From Spirochaetia bacterium (lineage in GTDB: Bacteria; Spirochaetota; Spirochaetia; SP-2023), in assembly GCA_965225855.1 (NCBI GenBank), contig CBDDCK010000001.1, positions 96,001 to 160,000 on the forward strand: DNA of 64,000 nucleotides. The letters run 5' to 3'. The notes under the pieces were generated by a model. The model was not told the DNA's origin, did not search any database, and saw only the letters and a program-made list of their open reading frames with translations. This document shows, piece by piece, positions 39,685-50,271 of this stretch. The position numbers and the translations under genes are program-made. Position 1 is the first letter of the stretch. Each line of letters begins with the position of its first letter.

Positions 39685-42411
39685 TTATAACTGTGTTAAA
39701 AAAGCTTGATTACGTTGCAAGGAAACTTGAAAGTCTGCTAATTTCTGCTGTTCTTCAGCTACCACTTCTTTCGGGGCACGTTCTAAAAATTGTTCATTAT
39801 TGAGTTTACTTACAATAGATTTCACAAATTTCTGTTCTTTGGCAATCAATTTGCTCAAACGTTGTTTTTCTTTCGCAACATCGATTAATTCGTGAATATA
39901 CAAACGCACTTCACCTTCTTGTAAGGCATTGCCAATATAGGGTTTATCATGCGGAACCAACAGCATTTGAGCACTGCACAAAGTTTCGATCCAAACTTTT
40001 TGACTACCTAAAAATTCGCTAAATTCCATACTTCCTTCACAAAAAACAATGTCAATGCATTCCTTTGGAGCAAGGCAAAATTCGCTGCGCAAAGTTCGCA
40101 CACAGGTTACCAACTCTTGCAATTGAGCAAAATGCTCTAACAACTGTGGACTAGCAGAAAATTTGGCTTTGCTCTTTTGGCCTCTATCTGGAGTACTAGC
40201 AGGATATAGGGCACAAACCAAAGATTCACTGCGATAATGGGCGGGTAAATACGAATATAATTCTTCACTTAGAAACGAAACAAAAGGATGCAACAAACGC
40301 AAACTGGCTTCCAATATTTCAATCAATTTTGCTGAGGCAGCCAGTTTATTAGGGCCAGCCAATTCTAATTTACTCGCTTCAACATACCAATCACAAAAAT
40401 CGCTCCAAAAAAAATCATAACAAGCACGGCTCATATCGTCAAAGCGGTAACTGGCTCGGCCTTGAGCCACAGAGCGTACGGCATGGGCGAATCGCTGCCA
40501 AATCCACAATTCTGCAACACCGTAATCTAAATTAGGAATATCTTTCAAAGGCGGCAAAGTCGCCGTATCGACATGAAGCAATAAAAAGCGAACTGCATTC
40601 CAAATTTTATTGCAAAAACGCGAGCCAAGCTTAAAACTTTCCATATCCAATGGTAAATCTTGGCCCTGAGTTGAAAGGTAAGATATGGTAAATTTCATGG
40701 CATCGGCCCCGTAATGGGCAATTACATCTAACGGATCGATACCATTACCTAGAGATTTCGACATCTTTCGGCCTTGTTTGTCTCGCACCAACGGTGTTAT
40801 GTAAATATCGCGAAATGGAACTTTGCCCGTAAAATGTAGGCCCGCCATTACCATTCGCGCCACCCAAAAAAATATAATATCATAAGCCGTTACCAAGGTA
40901 CTTGTTGGGTAAAAGCGAGCCAAATCCTCTGTTTGATTGGGCCAGCCCAAAGTAGAAAAAGGCCACAACCAAGAGCTAAACCACGTATCTAGTACATCTT
41001 CGTCTTGATGGATTTCTGGGCTGGTGCAATGCTGGCATTCTATTATATCTTGGCGACTGACGCTAATTTTACCACAAGAATTGCAGTACCAAGCGGGAAT
41101 ACGGTGCCCCCACCATAGTTGGCGTGAAATACACCAATCCCGAATATTGCTCATCCAATGGCGGTAGATATTGGCCCAACGGTTTGGATAAAAGTGAATA
41201 TCACCTTGCTCTAAGGCCTGCAAAGCTGGCTGGGCTAAAGGCTGCATTTTCACAAACCATTGTTCAGACAAATAGGGTTCAATCACGCTATCGCAACGGT
41301 AACAATGCCCAACTTGGTGGTGGTGATTTTTCGATTTAATGAGCAGTCCTTTTTCTTTCAGTGCAGTTAAAACGGCTTTACGCGCTTTGCGGCAGTTTAG
41401 ACCACAAAATTCTTGCGGTACTTCATCATTCAGCGTGCCATCAGGATTTAAAATATTCAACATTGCCAACTCATGCCGCTGGGCAACTCGCCAGTCATTT
41501 GGGTCGTGAGCTGGAGTAATTTTTACCGCACCCGAACCAAAATTCACGTCACAGAAACTATCGGCAATAATGGGAATAGTACGGCCACTCAACGGCAATT
41601 GAACGCGCTGCCCAATCAATTGAGCATAGCGTGGGTCTTCAGGGTGAACGGCCAATGCTTGATCCCCAAACAAAGTTTCTGGCCGTGTGGTAGCCACCAC
41701 AATACCTTTGTAAACCTGACTTTCTCCTTTCTTTTCCAAAACCAAGCTTGCGTTTTCATCGACAAAAGGATAGAGCAATTCGTACAAACTGCCATTTTCT
41801 TCTGTATGCTCCACTTCATCATCGGCCAAAGAAGTGGTGCAAGATGGACACCAGTTGACTAAATACTGACCGCGATAGATCAAACCCTGTTCATAAAGCC
41901 TTACAAAAACTTCAAGCACTGCTTGTGAAAGCCCTTCGTCCATAGTAAAACGTTCGCGGCTCCAATCAACCGAAGCACCCAAACTTTGCAATTGTCTGCG
42001 AATAACAGTATGGTGCTTTTCCTTAACTTTCCAAGTTTCTCTAACAAAAGCATCTCGCCCTAAGTTGTGGCGCGTTTGGCCTTGCTCTTTAAGCTGCCTT
42101 TCTACCACATGTTGAGTCGCTATACCAGCGTGATCAGTTCCAGCTAACCATAGTGTCGCCTTGCCTTTCATTCGTTCATAGCGTATCAAAATATCTTGAA
42201 GGACTCCGTTAAGACCGTGCCCCATGTGAAGCACTCCAGTAACATTCGGTGGCGGTATCACGATAGAATAGCTTGCAAATTCTTCGTTCTTTTCGTTTAA
42301 AGCTTTGCACACCGGTACAAACGCATTTTGCTCTAACCAATGACGATAGATACGCTGTTCAAAATTTGCCGGCTGGTAGTTTTTTGCCAGTTCAATGCTC
42401 TCAATGCTCAT
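39685..42411 (-). CDS. valS: Valine--tRNA ligase
   Basis: PPPNVTGVLHMGH, DWCISRQLWWGH, KMSKS motifs and a C-terminal coiled coil. Confidence 0.98.
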   Translation of the reverse strand: MSIESIELAKNYQPANFEQRIYRHWLEQNAFVPVCKALNEKNEEFASYSIVIPPPNVTGVLHMGHGLNGVLQDILIRYERMKGKATLWLAGTDHAGIATQHVVERQLKEQGQTRHNLGRDAFVRETWKVKEKHHTVIRRQLQSLGASVDWSRERFTMDEGLSQAVLEVFVRLYEQGLIYRGQYLVNWCPSCTTSLADDEVEHTEENGSLYELLYPFVDENASLVLEKKGESQVYKGIVVATTRPETLFGDQALAVHPEDPRYAQLIGQRVQLPLSGRTIPIIADSFCDVNFGSGAVKITPAHDPNDWRVAQRHELAMLNILNPDGTLNDEVPQEFCGLNCRKARKAVLTALKEKGLLIKSKNHHHQVGHCYRCDSVIEPYLSEQWFVKMQPLAQPALQALEQGDIHFYPNRWANIYRHWMSNIRDWCISRQLWWGHRIPAWYCNSCGKISVSRQDIIECQHCTSPEIHQDEDVLDTWFSSWLWPFSTLGWPNQTEDLARFYPTSTLVTAYDIIFFWVARMVMAGLHFTGKVPFRDIYITPLVRDKQGRKMSKSLGNGIDPLDVIAHYGADAMKFTISYLSTQGQDLPLDMESFKLGSRFCNKIWNAVRFLLLHVDTATLPPLKDIPNLDYGVAELWIWQRFAHAVRSVAQGRASYRFDDMSRACYDFFWSDFCDWYVEASKLELAGPNKLAASAKLIEILEASLRLLHPFVSFLSEELYSYLPAHYRSESLVCALYPASTPDRGQKSKAKFSASPQLLEHFAQLQELVTCVRTLRSEFCLAPKECIDIVFCEGSMEFSEFLGSQKVWIETLCSAQMLLVPHDKPYIGNALQEGEVRLYIHELIDVAKEKQRLSKLIAKEQKFVKSIVSKLNNEQFLERAPKEVVAEEQQKLADFQVSLQRNQAFLTQL

Positions 42412-42578
42412 CGGGAAGTCCTCAAAATAATGGGAATCTACAATTATTCAAAACAGTGCGCAACATAATGAAAACTGCTCTGTTTTGCAGTATGAATCAA
42501 AAGCCAAGTAGAAATTCGTACAGATATTTATTTGCCAAAATCAAAACTTTTCAATAGAATGTTGCACGCTGGTTTGAA

Positions 42579-42652
42579 GCACCCTTAGCTCAGCTGGATA
42601 GAGCAACAGCCTTCTAAGCTGTGGGTCAGAGGTTCAAATCCTCTAGGGTGCG
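42579..42652 (+). tRNA. tRNA-Arg(TCT), CCA not encoded
   Basis: GCACCCT/AGGGTGC acceptor stem, ACAGC-CTTCTAA-GCTGT anticodon arm, AGAGG-TTCAAAT-CCTCT T arm. Confidence 0.97.
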
Positions 42653-42658
42653 ATTTTT

Positions 42659-43117
42659 CTAAATATGATTTAATTTATGATAGCGTTCCAAACGCTTGTT
42701 AGTCCAGTTTAGTGCGGTTTTGTTTATATTGTCCGTTAAGCGCATCAACATCTGCTCTTTGTCTACTTTCAATTCACTCAAACTGTTAGGTAAAGTTGAA
42801 CACCCTTCATTGACAGCAAAAATATAAAGAGCTTCCAATTCATACTGAAATAAACCATTGATTTCTTGTTGAAAAGATTTCATAACCATATTTTCGTAAA
42901 GTTCCCACTCGTCAAATTTTTCGGATTGCTGCTGGGCACAATATGCATTCCATACAGATTTCAAACCACAACTGACTGCTTTTATGGAAGTATCTTTATT
43001 GCAACGTAGTAAGTAAATTACCTTCCTTTCGATATGATTGAAAACGCTCTCCCCCAGCTCTAAAATAATTCTATCCACTGAAAGAGTGCGTTGTTCTTGT
43101 TCTGTATAATCTGACAC
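42659..43117 (-). CDS. Hypothetical protein
   Basis: 152-aa ORF with GTG start after AAGGGA; converges on the tRNA. Confidence 0.6.
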   Translation of the reverse strand: MSDYTEQEQRTLSVDRIILELGESVFNHIERKVIYLLRCNKDTSIKAVSCGLKSVWNAYCAQQQSEKFDEWELYENMVMKSFQQEINGLFQYELEALYIFAVNEGCSTLPNSLSELKVDKEQMLMRLTDNINKTALNWTNKRLERYHKLNHI

Positions 43118-43166
43118 GATAAATTCCCTTTATTTATAAAAATAGAAAGATGCAAAATAAAAGACA

Positions 43167-44282
43167 TCATTTTAATAACTTTGTTTCCTCTGCGGGCACT
43201 TCTAAACGAAAATTCAGATAAACCCAAACATCTTGAACATAAAAATCTAAAAGCCATTGGTAACGAGTTCCACCAAATTCTGGCGATAGCTTGCTCAAGA
43301 AAGTCCGAGCTGTTGAAGGTGGGCACAATATTTCCACTATCGACCCTTTGGGGCTTTTAGAAACAAAATAGGCAAATGGCATTGGCAATTCGTCTTTGCC
43401 AAAACTGACAATCACATCTTCACTCTGTGCTGGAAGCCCTGCAAAAGCCATGCGCTCTAATTGAATATTTATATCTTCTCCTTCCTGTGCCAATTTACCT
43501 TTGCCCTGTTCTTTCGTACGAGTATAGTAACCAAACGCATCACGTTGCCAACCATCATTTTGTGTTAGTAAATCCCAAGTATCAGGAGCACTTGTACGCA
43601 AATTGTCCAGCCATAATTGATCGAGATTTTCTAAATAAGTTGCCTCTTTTTGACTCAAACTAGCAAGAAAATTTTTGGCAGCCAAACCTTTTGCATATAT
43701 ATCAATAGATTGTAAACCTTTATTTTTTGGCAGACTTTGAATTGTTTCTATATTCGGCTGTTGCTGCAATTCTGCAAAGAACACTAAATTTTGCTGGTCG
43801 CGTACGCCAATATTATCGGAATGATTGAGCACCAAAATATCGCTGCGCAACACGCTACCATTGCGCCAAAAAGCTAAGCCCGGCCGGGGGTTTTCTTTTA
43901 TGGCTATAAAATTTGGTAGACTGTAAATTTTTTCTAGTGGACTTGTAAAAGCTTTACCATAGCTAGCCAACAAGCTTATGGAATCTTTGCCATCGCTAAC
44001 TTTTTGTTTGGAACTGTAATGTAGGGTTGCATATAAGTTTGATTCTTGTTGTGCTATATAAAAAAAGGCCGCTACTAAGCCCGGATATTCTTCATAATTT
44101 AATTTATATACTGCGGATTTTTTACTTACTAACCCTAGGTCAACTTTTGCAAAAAGCCCCTGTTGTAAATTTTCGTGAGCTGGTAATTCTCTAATCCCAA
44201 ATAACAATAAAGCCGCTGCTAGGCATAATGTTGCAAACTCAAATTTAAAATTCTGCATCAAGGAATTTTTATTTATTATCAT
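43167..44282 (-). CDS. Secreted protein resembling a degenerate cyclophilin-FKBP PPIase fusion
   Basis: Signal peptide; LQQGLFAKV...LNYEEYPGLVAAF (cyclophilin N-terminus-like); EQGKGKLAQEGEDINI...FGKDELP...KGSIVEILCPP (FKBP-like). Confidence 0.5.
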   Translation of the reverse strand: MIINKNSLMQNFKFEFATLCLAAALLLFGIRELPAHENLQQGLFAKVDLGLVSKKSAVYKLNYEEYPGLVAAFFYIAQQESNLYATLHYSSKQKVSDGKDSISLLASYGKAFTSPLEKIYSLPNFIAIKENPRPGLAFWRNGSVLRSDILVLNHSDNIGVRDQQNLVFFAELQQQPNIETIQSLPKNKGLQSIDIYAKGLAAKNFLASLSQKEATYLENLDQLWLDNLRTSAPDTWDLLTQNDGWQRDAFGYYTRTKEQGKGKLAQEGEDINIQLERMAFAGLPAQSEDVIVSFGKDELPMPFAYFVSKSPKGSIVEILCPPSTARTFLSKLSPEFGGTRYQWLLDFYVQDVWVYLNFRLEVPAEETKLLK

Positions 44283-44304
44283 AATTCTTTTATCACCTTA
44301 AAAA

Positions 44305-45036
44305 TTATTCCCAATCATTCTCAAGAATTTGCGTCCAAGCTTGACTAGCTGCATTTTTTTCGGCTTGTTTTTTATTATTACCCAGCCCACAACCAATTAA
44401 TTTTTTGTTGATGTACAACTTCGATTCAAAACGATATGAATGATCTTTCTTGTCATTGGACAACAATTCTTCTGTTTGATATTGTGGCAGGATTTTATAA
44501 TGCTTCTGCACATATTCTTGCAAACGTAATTTAGCATCTTGAGGCAAATAAGTATCATTTTGGTAACGCTGTAATTGCCCATTCAATAACCGAAGAACAA
44601 ACTCACGAGATTTTTCCAAGCCTTGATCTAAATAACAAGCACCGATCAAAGATTCAACAACATTTGCCAAAACCGAATCTTTATGCTGCCCTCCATCTTG
44701 ACTTTCACCTTTACCCAAAAGAATCAATGGCCCTAAATGAAATTCCCTAGCAACGACTGCCAAAGATTCCGCACTGACAATATAGGATTTTAGCTTAGAT
44801 AACCGACCTTCGTTTCGATACGGGAAATTTCTATAAAGATATTCAGTAACACATAAGTCTAAAACCGAATCACCCAAAAACTCCAGACGCTCATTGTTAT
44901 AGAACTTATTTTGCTGCTCATTAACGTAAGAAGAATGGGATAATGCTAAGCGATATAAATAGGCTTTATCCGGCTCAAAAGTCAGACCAAGTATACTCTC
45001 AATTTTAGCTATTTCCAGACTATTTCCAGCCATCAA
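44305..45036 (-). CDS. rnc: Ribonuclease III
   Basis: NERLEFLGDSVL signature and a C-terminal dsRBD. Confidence 0.97.
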   Translation of the reverse strand: MMAGNSLEIAKIESILGLTFEPDKAYLYRLALSHSSYVNEQQNKFYNNERLEFLGDSVLDLCVTEYLYRNFPYRNEGRLSKLKSYIVSAESLAVVAREFHLGPLILLGKGESQDGGQHKDSVLANVVESLIGACYLDQGLEKSREFVLRLLNGQLQRYQNDTYLPQDAKLRLQEYVQKHYKILPQYQTEELLSNDKKDHSYRFESKLYINKKLIGCGLGNNKKQAEKNAASQAWTQILENDWE

Positions 45037-45148
45037 AAAATCATAAATGATAAAATATTACTGTTTATTATGGTCGTACAAAAACGGAAAAACAAAAGGC
45101 ATATGGGGAGACACGCCTTTTGCAGCTGCAAACCTTGAGCAAAATTTA

Positions 45149-45394
45149 CTAAAATCCTTTCGCATCACAAATATATTTGAATGCATCACCCACCGTTTCA
45201 AAACTTGCTGCTTTTTCATCTTCAATTTGAATTTCTAATTCAGACTGAATAGCAAATAACAACTCGTATGTATCCAGGCTATCGGCACCAAGGTCTTCAC
45301 GGAAACGAGCAATCTCAGTAACTTTTGTCTCCTCTACTTCCAATTTTTCAACTACTAAAGCTTTTAGCTTGTAATACAGTTCATCTTTCGTCAT
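45149..45394 (-). CDS. acpP: Acyl carrier protein
   Basis: FREDLGADSLDTYEL motif; AGGAG RBS. Confidence 0.95.
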   Translation of the reverse strand: MTKDELYYKLKALVVEKLEVEETKVTEIARFREDLGADSLDTYELLFAIQSELEIQIEDEKAASFETVGDAFKYICDAKGF

Positions 45395-45441
45395 GAACAA
45401 CTCCTTTTTTCTGTATTTTTGTAATTATAAAGGTATGAACC

Positions 45442-45621
45442 TTACTCAATGTTTAAAACCTGGCGACCACGGTAATAACCACAAGAAGAGCAAACTCGAT
45501 GCAAAATTTTACTATTGCCACAGTTATTACACGCCACACGATTGATCGCTACAACACGGTTATTGATAGACCGCCTACGGCGTGTACGAGATTTAGAAGA
45601 TTTATGTTTTGGCACTGCCAT
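45442..45621 (-). CDS. rpmF: 50S ribosomal protein L32
   Basis: Not in the ORF track (59 aa). Manual translation: MAVPKHKSSKSRTRRRRSINNRVVAINRVACNNCGNSKILHRVCSSCGYYRGRQVLNIE. Confidence 0.95.
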   Translation of the reverse strand: MAVPKHKSSKSRTRRRRSINNRVVAINRVACNNCGNSKILHRVCSSCGYYRGRQVLNIE

Positions 45622-45881
45622 ATTCGTTTTTGCCTCTCAATCAATAGAATGCTAAGCAATGTAATTATCTAGCTTTGGTCTGTCAATACAAAAATTAAGA
45701 AAGGCGCAGGAAATTGACAGTTTGGTTGCTTTTGTCGTACAAAAAATCTATAACAACTTGGTATTGATGAAAAATTTGGTCCCCCCCTATCTAGCAAACA
45801 AATTGTACAAATCACAAACGAAAAATTCCAAATACAATCGATTAATTAAGTCATCAAACATTACACAGGAAATTTTTTGTC

Positions 45882-48572
45882 CTAGAAATTTTGTGCTGCC
45901 GCATAATCTTGAATATATTGCTGCAGATAGGCAAAATCTCCACGAACAATGTTTGTAGACGGTAGGGACTCTAAGAAGTTGTTACCATAGCGTTTGTGAA
46001 CGATACGAGGGTCTAAAACAACCACCAAGCCTTGATCGGAAGCTCGGCGCATTAAGCGACCAAACCCTTGACGAAAACGCAAAATGGCCTCCGGTAGGCT
46101 ATAGTTTAAAAAAGCATTTTCTCCACGGCGTTCTAGATGCTCGGTATGGGCTGCCACAATTGGGTCATCAGGTGAACGGAACGGTAGACGGCATAATACC
46201 ACTTGCATCAGAGTCGTACCCGGGGCATCAACACCCTCCCAGAACGAATCGGTAGCCAATAGACTTAGCTTTTCATGTTCTTTAAACGATTGAAGCAAGC
46301 GTGTATTATCATAATCACCTTGGCGCAGTATGTCCGAATGGCCAGCATTTAAAAGGAATTCATAGCATTTATTTAGAGCGGTATAAGATGTAAATAATAA
46401 TAAGCTACGGCCTCCCATTACGGCAGTAGCTTGCTGTATGAAACGAGCTATATAGGCATTGTAGTCTTGGCTAATACTGGGATTAGGAGCATCGCTAGCT
46501 AAAAGCAAATGTACATTATTCAGATAGTCAAATGGGGACGCAAAAGTAGCACAACGGACACCTTGAGGAGCTTTTTTTATTGGGTTATCGGTATCCCAGT
46601 CTGGAACAGTATGTTCAATTTGTAGCTTGGTATTATTGTGTGAGTTAAGGTGTTGTAAATCCAAGCCCACGCGGGAAGCCCAGTGATCAAACTGCCCTCG
46701 CACAGTGAGCGTTGCGGAAACTAATATCACACTATGCATCGGCTGATACAAGACTTGTTGTAGCAAACTACCGATATTGATTTGGGTAGTAATTAAAAGG
46801 TGGTAGAGCTCTCCTTTAAAGTTGTGTCGTTCCAGCCAAAAAACGCGCTCGACCTCTTCAGCCTCTTCTATATCTGCTTCCAATTGTGGGGGGTGCTGCC
46901 AATTCAGCCAATGGGATACGACATCACGCATACTTTCAAAACGGCGGGACAATTGCTTCCATTCTAGCAGTATCTTTTGGTCCTGAGCTTCTAATATATC
47001 TTCAAGTAACTCATAAATTTGGCGCAGCGATTGTAACAATACCACAAGTGCAATACCAACATTTTCCAATTGAGGCCAGAGTTGTTGCTTTAGTGCATGC
47101 TGGACAGTTTGAGGCAACAGATTCCATTGTTGCGGAATGCGTAGGTTTTGGCTTTGGCGGTTATACTGCCCAGCTATCAACACTTCCTTGGCTGCTATAT
47201 CTAAGGCCATCAACGCACTTTCTAAATCCTCGGAACAAGCCTGTATATCGGGGAGATTTTCACCATCTTTGGCTTCCAATTCGGCATAAGGGCGCAATTG
47301 GCACCATAGTCCTCGTTCGCGATTATGGCGTTTATAATACAAACGGCGGAGGCTGCGTTGAGCACTAAAACGACTCAAACTTGTAGAAAAAAAGGACTGT
47401 GCACTGCGTTCGATATTATGGGCCTCATCGAGTATTACATGGCGATACGGTGGCAATACCGCTGTTTTCTCGTAGCCAAAATCATGGCCACCACGTAACT
47501 CTAAGTCAGCAAATAGCAAATGGTGATTGACGATCAAAATATGCGCTGCTGCTGCCCGCCGCCGTGCTAAGATAATAAAGCAGCATTCGTGAAATTCACA
47601 ACGAAGACCTAGGCAGTTATCACTTTCTCCGCAGACTTGGTTCCAAACCCCACTCTGTGGACGGAATCCTAAATCACTAATAGAACCATCTTTGGTTAAG
47701 TTAGCCCATTGCGAAATACTAGATAGTTCCGTACTAAATTGTTGATTACAACCTTCACTATTTAGGCCTAGGTAATTATTTTCCTCTTCTTCGGCTTGCT
47801 TTAGACGCCACCAACATAAGTAATTATTACGGCCTTTCACTAATTCGGCTTTCAAGTCATCTAAGCCGCTGATTTCTTGAATCAAGGGTATGTCTTTTTC
47901 GATTAGTTGTTGCTGTAAGTTTATGGTTGCCGTAGAGACCACAACCCGCTGCTTGTTGCCTACAGACCAAAAGGCCGCCGGCAGCAAATAAGCAAAAGAC
48001 TTGCCAATGCCAGTACCTCCCTCGGCAACGACAATCTCACTCTCATTAAAACCATTGCTAACTAGGCGCAGTAACTCTTGTTGCGTAGGTCTCTGTTCGT
48101 ATTCAATGCCCTTTTTATGAATCTTTTTCGCTAAAGGCCCTTCAGGCCCAAGTAGCGCACTAAGCTCATTTAAGTCTAGTAATTGCTGCTCAGTCTCCCG
48201 CAGTGGTTTGGCAACCACACAAATACAAGATAAACGATTGTCGACAATATAAAAACCAATGCCTTGCATAGCCAGATCGCCAGCAATCGGCATATCGGCA
48301 TCGCTAGGCTGCACACCACCAGAAGGATGATTGTGCAATACCACATCGCCACGTTCCATATAGGGGAAGTAGGCTAGTACTCTATCTTCATTACCGCAAG
48401 CAGCTGCTTCGACAAAGTCTACTAGGTATCCATCTGCCTTTAACTTGCCCCACCATAGCACTTCATCACCACTATTTGCGGCAATATCTTCTATCATCTG
48501 TTCCCGTACGGCAGGGCTTAACAGAGACTCTATATCGTTTAAAGGTGTCAAAAAATCCAGCTTTCTTATCAA
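45882..48572 (-). CDS. dinG: DinG/YoaA family helicase with N-terminal JAB/RadC-like domain
   Basis: HNHPSGGVQPSDAD; EGGTGIGKS, KGRNNYLC, Fe-S cysteines, DEAH, SATL, FWEGVD, QGFGRLMR. Confidence 0.88.
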   Translation of the reverse strand: MIRKLDFLTPLNDIESLLSPAVREQMIEDIAANSGDEVLWWGKLKADGYLVDFVEAAACGNEDRVLAYFPYMERGDVVLHNHPSGGVQPSDADMPIAGDLAMQGIGFYIVDNRLSCICVVAKPLRETEQQLLDLNELSALLGPEGPLAKKIHKKGIEYEQRPTQQELLRLVSNGFNESEIVVAEGGTGIGKSFAYLLPAAFWSVGNKQRVVVSTATINLQQQLIEKDIPLIQEISGLDDLKAELVKGRNNYLCWWRLKQAEEEENNYLGLNSEGCNQQFSTELSSISQWANLTKDGSISDLGFRPQSGVWNQVCGESDNCLGLRCEFHECCFIILARRRAAAAHILIVNHHLLFADLELRGGHDFGYEKTAVLPPYRHVILDEAHNIERSAQSFFSTSLSRFSAQRSLRRLYYKRHNRERGLWCQLRPYAELEAKDGENLPDIQACSEDLESALMALDIAAKEVLIAGQYNRQSQNLRIPQQWNLLPQTVQHALKQQLWPQLENVGIALVVLLQSLRQIYELLEDILEAQDQKILLEWKQLSRRFESMRDVVSHWLNWQHPPQLEADIEEAEEVERVFWLERHNFKGELYHLLITTQINIGSLLQQVLYQPMHSVILVSATLTVRGQFDHWASRVGLDLQHLNSHNNTKLQIEHTVPDWDTDNPIKKAPQGVRCATFASPFDYLNNVHLLLASDAPNPSISQDYNAYIARFIQQATAVMGGRSLLLFTSYTALNKCYEFLLNAGHSDILRQGDYDNTRLLQSFKEHEKLSLLATDSFWEGVDAPGTTLMQVVLCRLPFRSPDDPIVAAHTEHLERRGENAFLNYSLPEAILRFRQGFGRLMRRASDQGLVVVLDPRIVHKRYGNNFLESLPSTNIVRGDFAYLQQYIQDYAAAQNF

Positions 48573-48587
48573 TTCTAATTCATAGGA

Positions 48588-49526
48588 TTAACGCAGGTGC
48601 TCATATTTATAAAAATCAGACGCTTGAAGCATATTGTCAAAATGCTGTTCAAAGGCATTTTGTTCTTGGCCTAAAGCGAAATTTTCTAGGTTTAAATAAT
48701 AATTGTTGCCGTCCAATTCCTTTACCAAATAAGGGTATTCTGTTTCATCAAAGTCTTCACAGTTTTCAAATTTTAAGGTAATGGTACCGGGAAAATGGTT
48801 GATATGTCGTAAAAATAAAAGGGCCATATTTTTTACTAAGCAGCCTCTAAACGTCAAGCTCAAATGTAAAATACTGGTACAGCCTTTTACTTGATCGATG
48901 TCAAAATTATAGTTCAAGTTCAAGCAAATTAAATCTATTTTGGTATCACGCAAGTCTGTATCGACAAAGTTTACGCTTGTGGTTTCTACCATAACAGAAT
49001 GTGAAGGGCTGCCACCCCATTGCCGTGCTCTCCCCCGTGTTTTCGTTTGGTAAAACTTTTTTTGTGGGCCTTCATCGAAATACAAACCAAGCCAATGTTT
49101 ATCCAACACACGCAACGAGCCATGGCCGGTTTCTTGATTGGTAGCGTCTTTTTCTAGCTGATTAAATTCACCTAATTCAGCGGTAATATTAGTGCGAGCT
49201 TTTAAAGGGAGCAGCCGTATACGCAGGCTTTCTAAATATTTAATAGTTTGTTCTGTAATTTTAAATAAGTTCTCATCGTTTTCTGGATTTACGTTAGCTT
49301 CTTCCAACTGATTTTGCCTATTACCATCATCACTACAAATTATATCAATTGCCCCCATAACATCTTGCATTGCGGTGCCTACTACTCGATCATTTGAATG
49401 AAGCCGCCTCGCATACTCTAAAGCAAATATATAGGCTAAATTTTTGTCATCGAGTAGGCCGTCTACTAAGGCCTTGCGAATAGATTCTTTCAATATTTTT
49501 TTGTGCTCTGACATCGTTAACCTCAC
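48588..49526 (-). CDS. Hypothetical protein
   Basis: 312-aa open frame; no family recognised. Confidence 0.6.
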   Translation of the reverse strand: MRLTMSEHKKILKESIRKALVDGLLDDKNLAYIFALEYARRLHSNDRVVGTAMQDVMGAIDIICSDDGNRQNQLEEANVNPENDENLFKITEQTIKYLESLRIRLLPLKARTNITAELGEFNQLEKDATNQETGHGSLRVLDKHWLGLYFDEGPQKKFYQTKTRGRARQWGGSPSHSVMVETTSVNFVDTDLRDTKIDLICLNLNYNFDIDQVKGCTSILHLSLTFRGCLVKNMALLFLRHINHFPGTITLKFENCEDFDETEYPYLVKELDGNNYYLNLENFALGQEQNAFEQHFDNMLQASDFYKYEHLR

Positions 49527-49612
49527 TATTCGTGAAAATATCTATATTATGCTGGCATTTTATTGATAAGTGAGCAAAAAAACATACGTTTATAGTCTTT
49601 TTTATTTTTTAT

Positions 49613-50155
49613 TTAGTGGATTTTGCCTTTTATCACATTCATTGGATTTTGAGACTGGCTAACGCTTGCACAAATTTGCTGTATTTGTTGCTGAATACTC
49701 CATTCAACGGGAATAATCAGTACGTTGCCTTCTTGTTCAGGCTCTTCTAATGCTTCAAACTGGGAGCGCAACATACTAGAACCTGTAAAAAAATGCCCCT
49801 GTTGGTTTTGACGAGCTTCTAAACGTTGCAAAATAGTAGTGAAGAGACCTTGCAAATAACAAATTTGTAACTGGGGTGCCGCTTGGCACAATGTGTTGCG
49901 GTATTGCTTTTTTAAAGCAGAACAAGATAGCACCAAAGTATTTTCACTAGCAAGCAATGTGGCTAAACGCTTTAGCCACGGTTGGCGGTCTGTATCATTT
50001 AAGGGTTGCCCACTGGCCATTTTGGCTACCGCTTCAAAACTGTGGAAATCGTCTGCATCAAAAAAAGGCAGAGCTAATTCTGTTGCTAGAGCTTGCCCAA
50101 CGGAGCTTTTACCGCTACCAGAGACCCCCATAATTAGAATTTTCATAATGTACAT
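49613..50155 (-). CDS. gntK: Gluconokinase (GntK/IdnK)
   Basis: MGVSGSGKS, DADDFH, GQPLNDTDRQPWL, CSALKKQYR, SQFEALEEP motifs. Confidence 0.93.
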   Translation of the reverse strand: MYIMKILIMGVSGSGKSSVGQALATELALPFFDADDFHSFEAVAKMASGQPLNDTDRQPWLKRLATLLASENTLVLSCSALKKQYRNTLCQAAPQLQICYLQGLFTTILQRLEARQNQQGHFFTGSSMLRSQFEALEEPEQEGNVLIIPVEWSIQQQIQQICASVSQSQNPMNVIKGKIH

Positions 50156-50271
50156 AAAAACAGGCAGGCAACTTTAAGCGCAAAAAATAAAGTTGCCTAA
50201 CCTTTTTATTACAATTTTCAATAATGATAATGATTTAACCATAAGCTAATTTGCCCAGGCTGGCGGTAAAG

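Noticed and set aside
42579..43117. Genomic island integrated at tRNA-Arg
   Set aside because: No duplicated tRNA 3' end or adjacent integrase seen; only one hypothetical gene follows before core genes resume.
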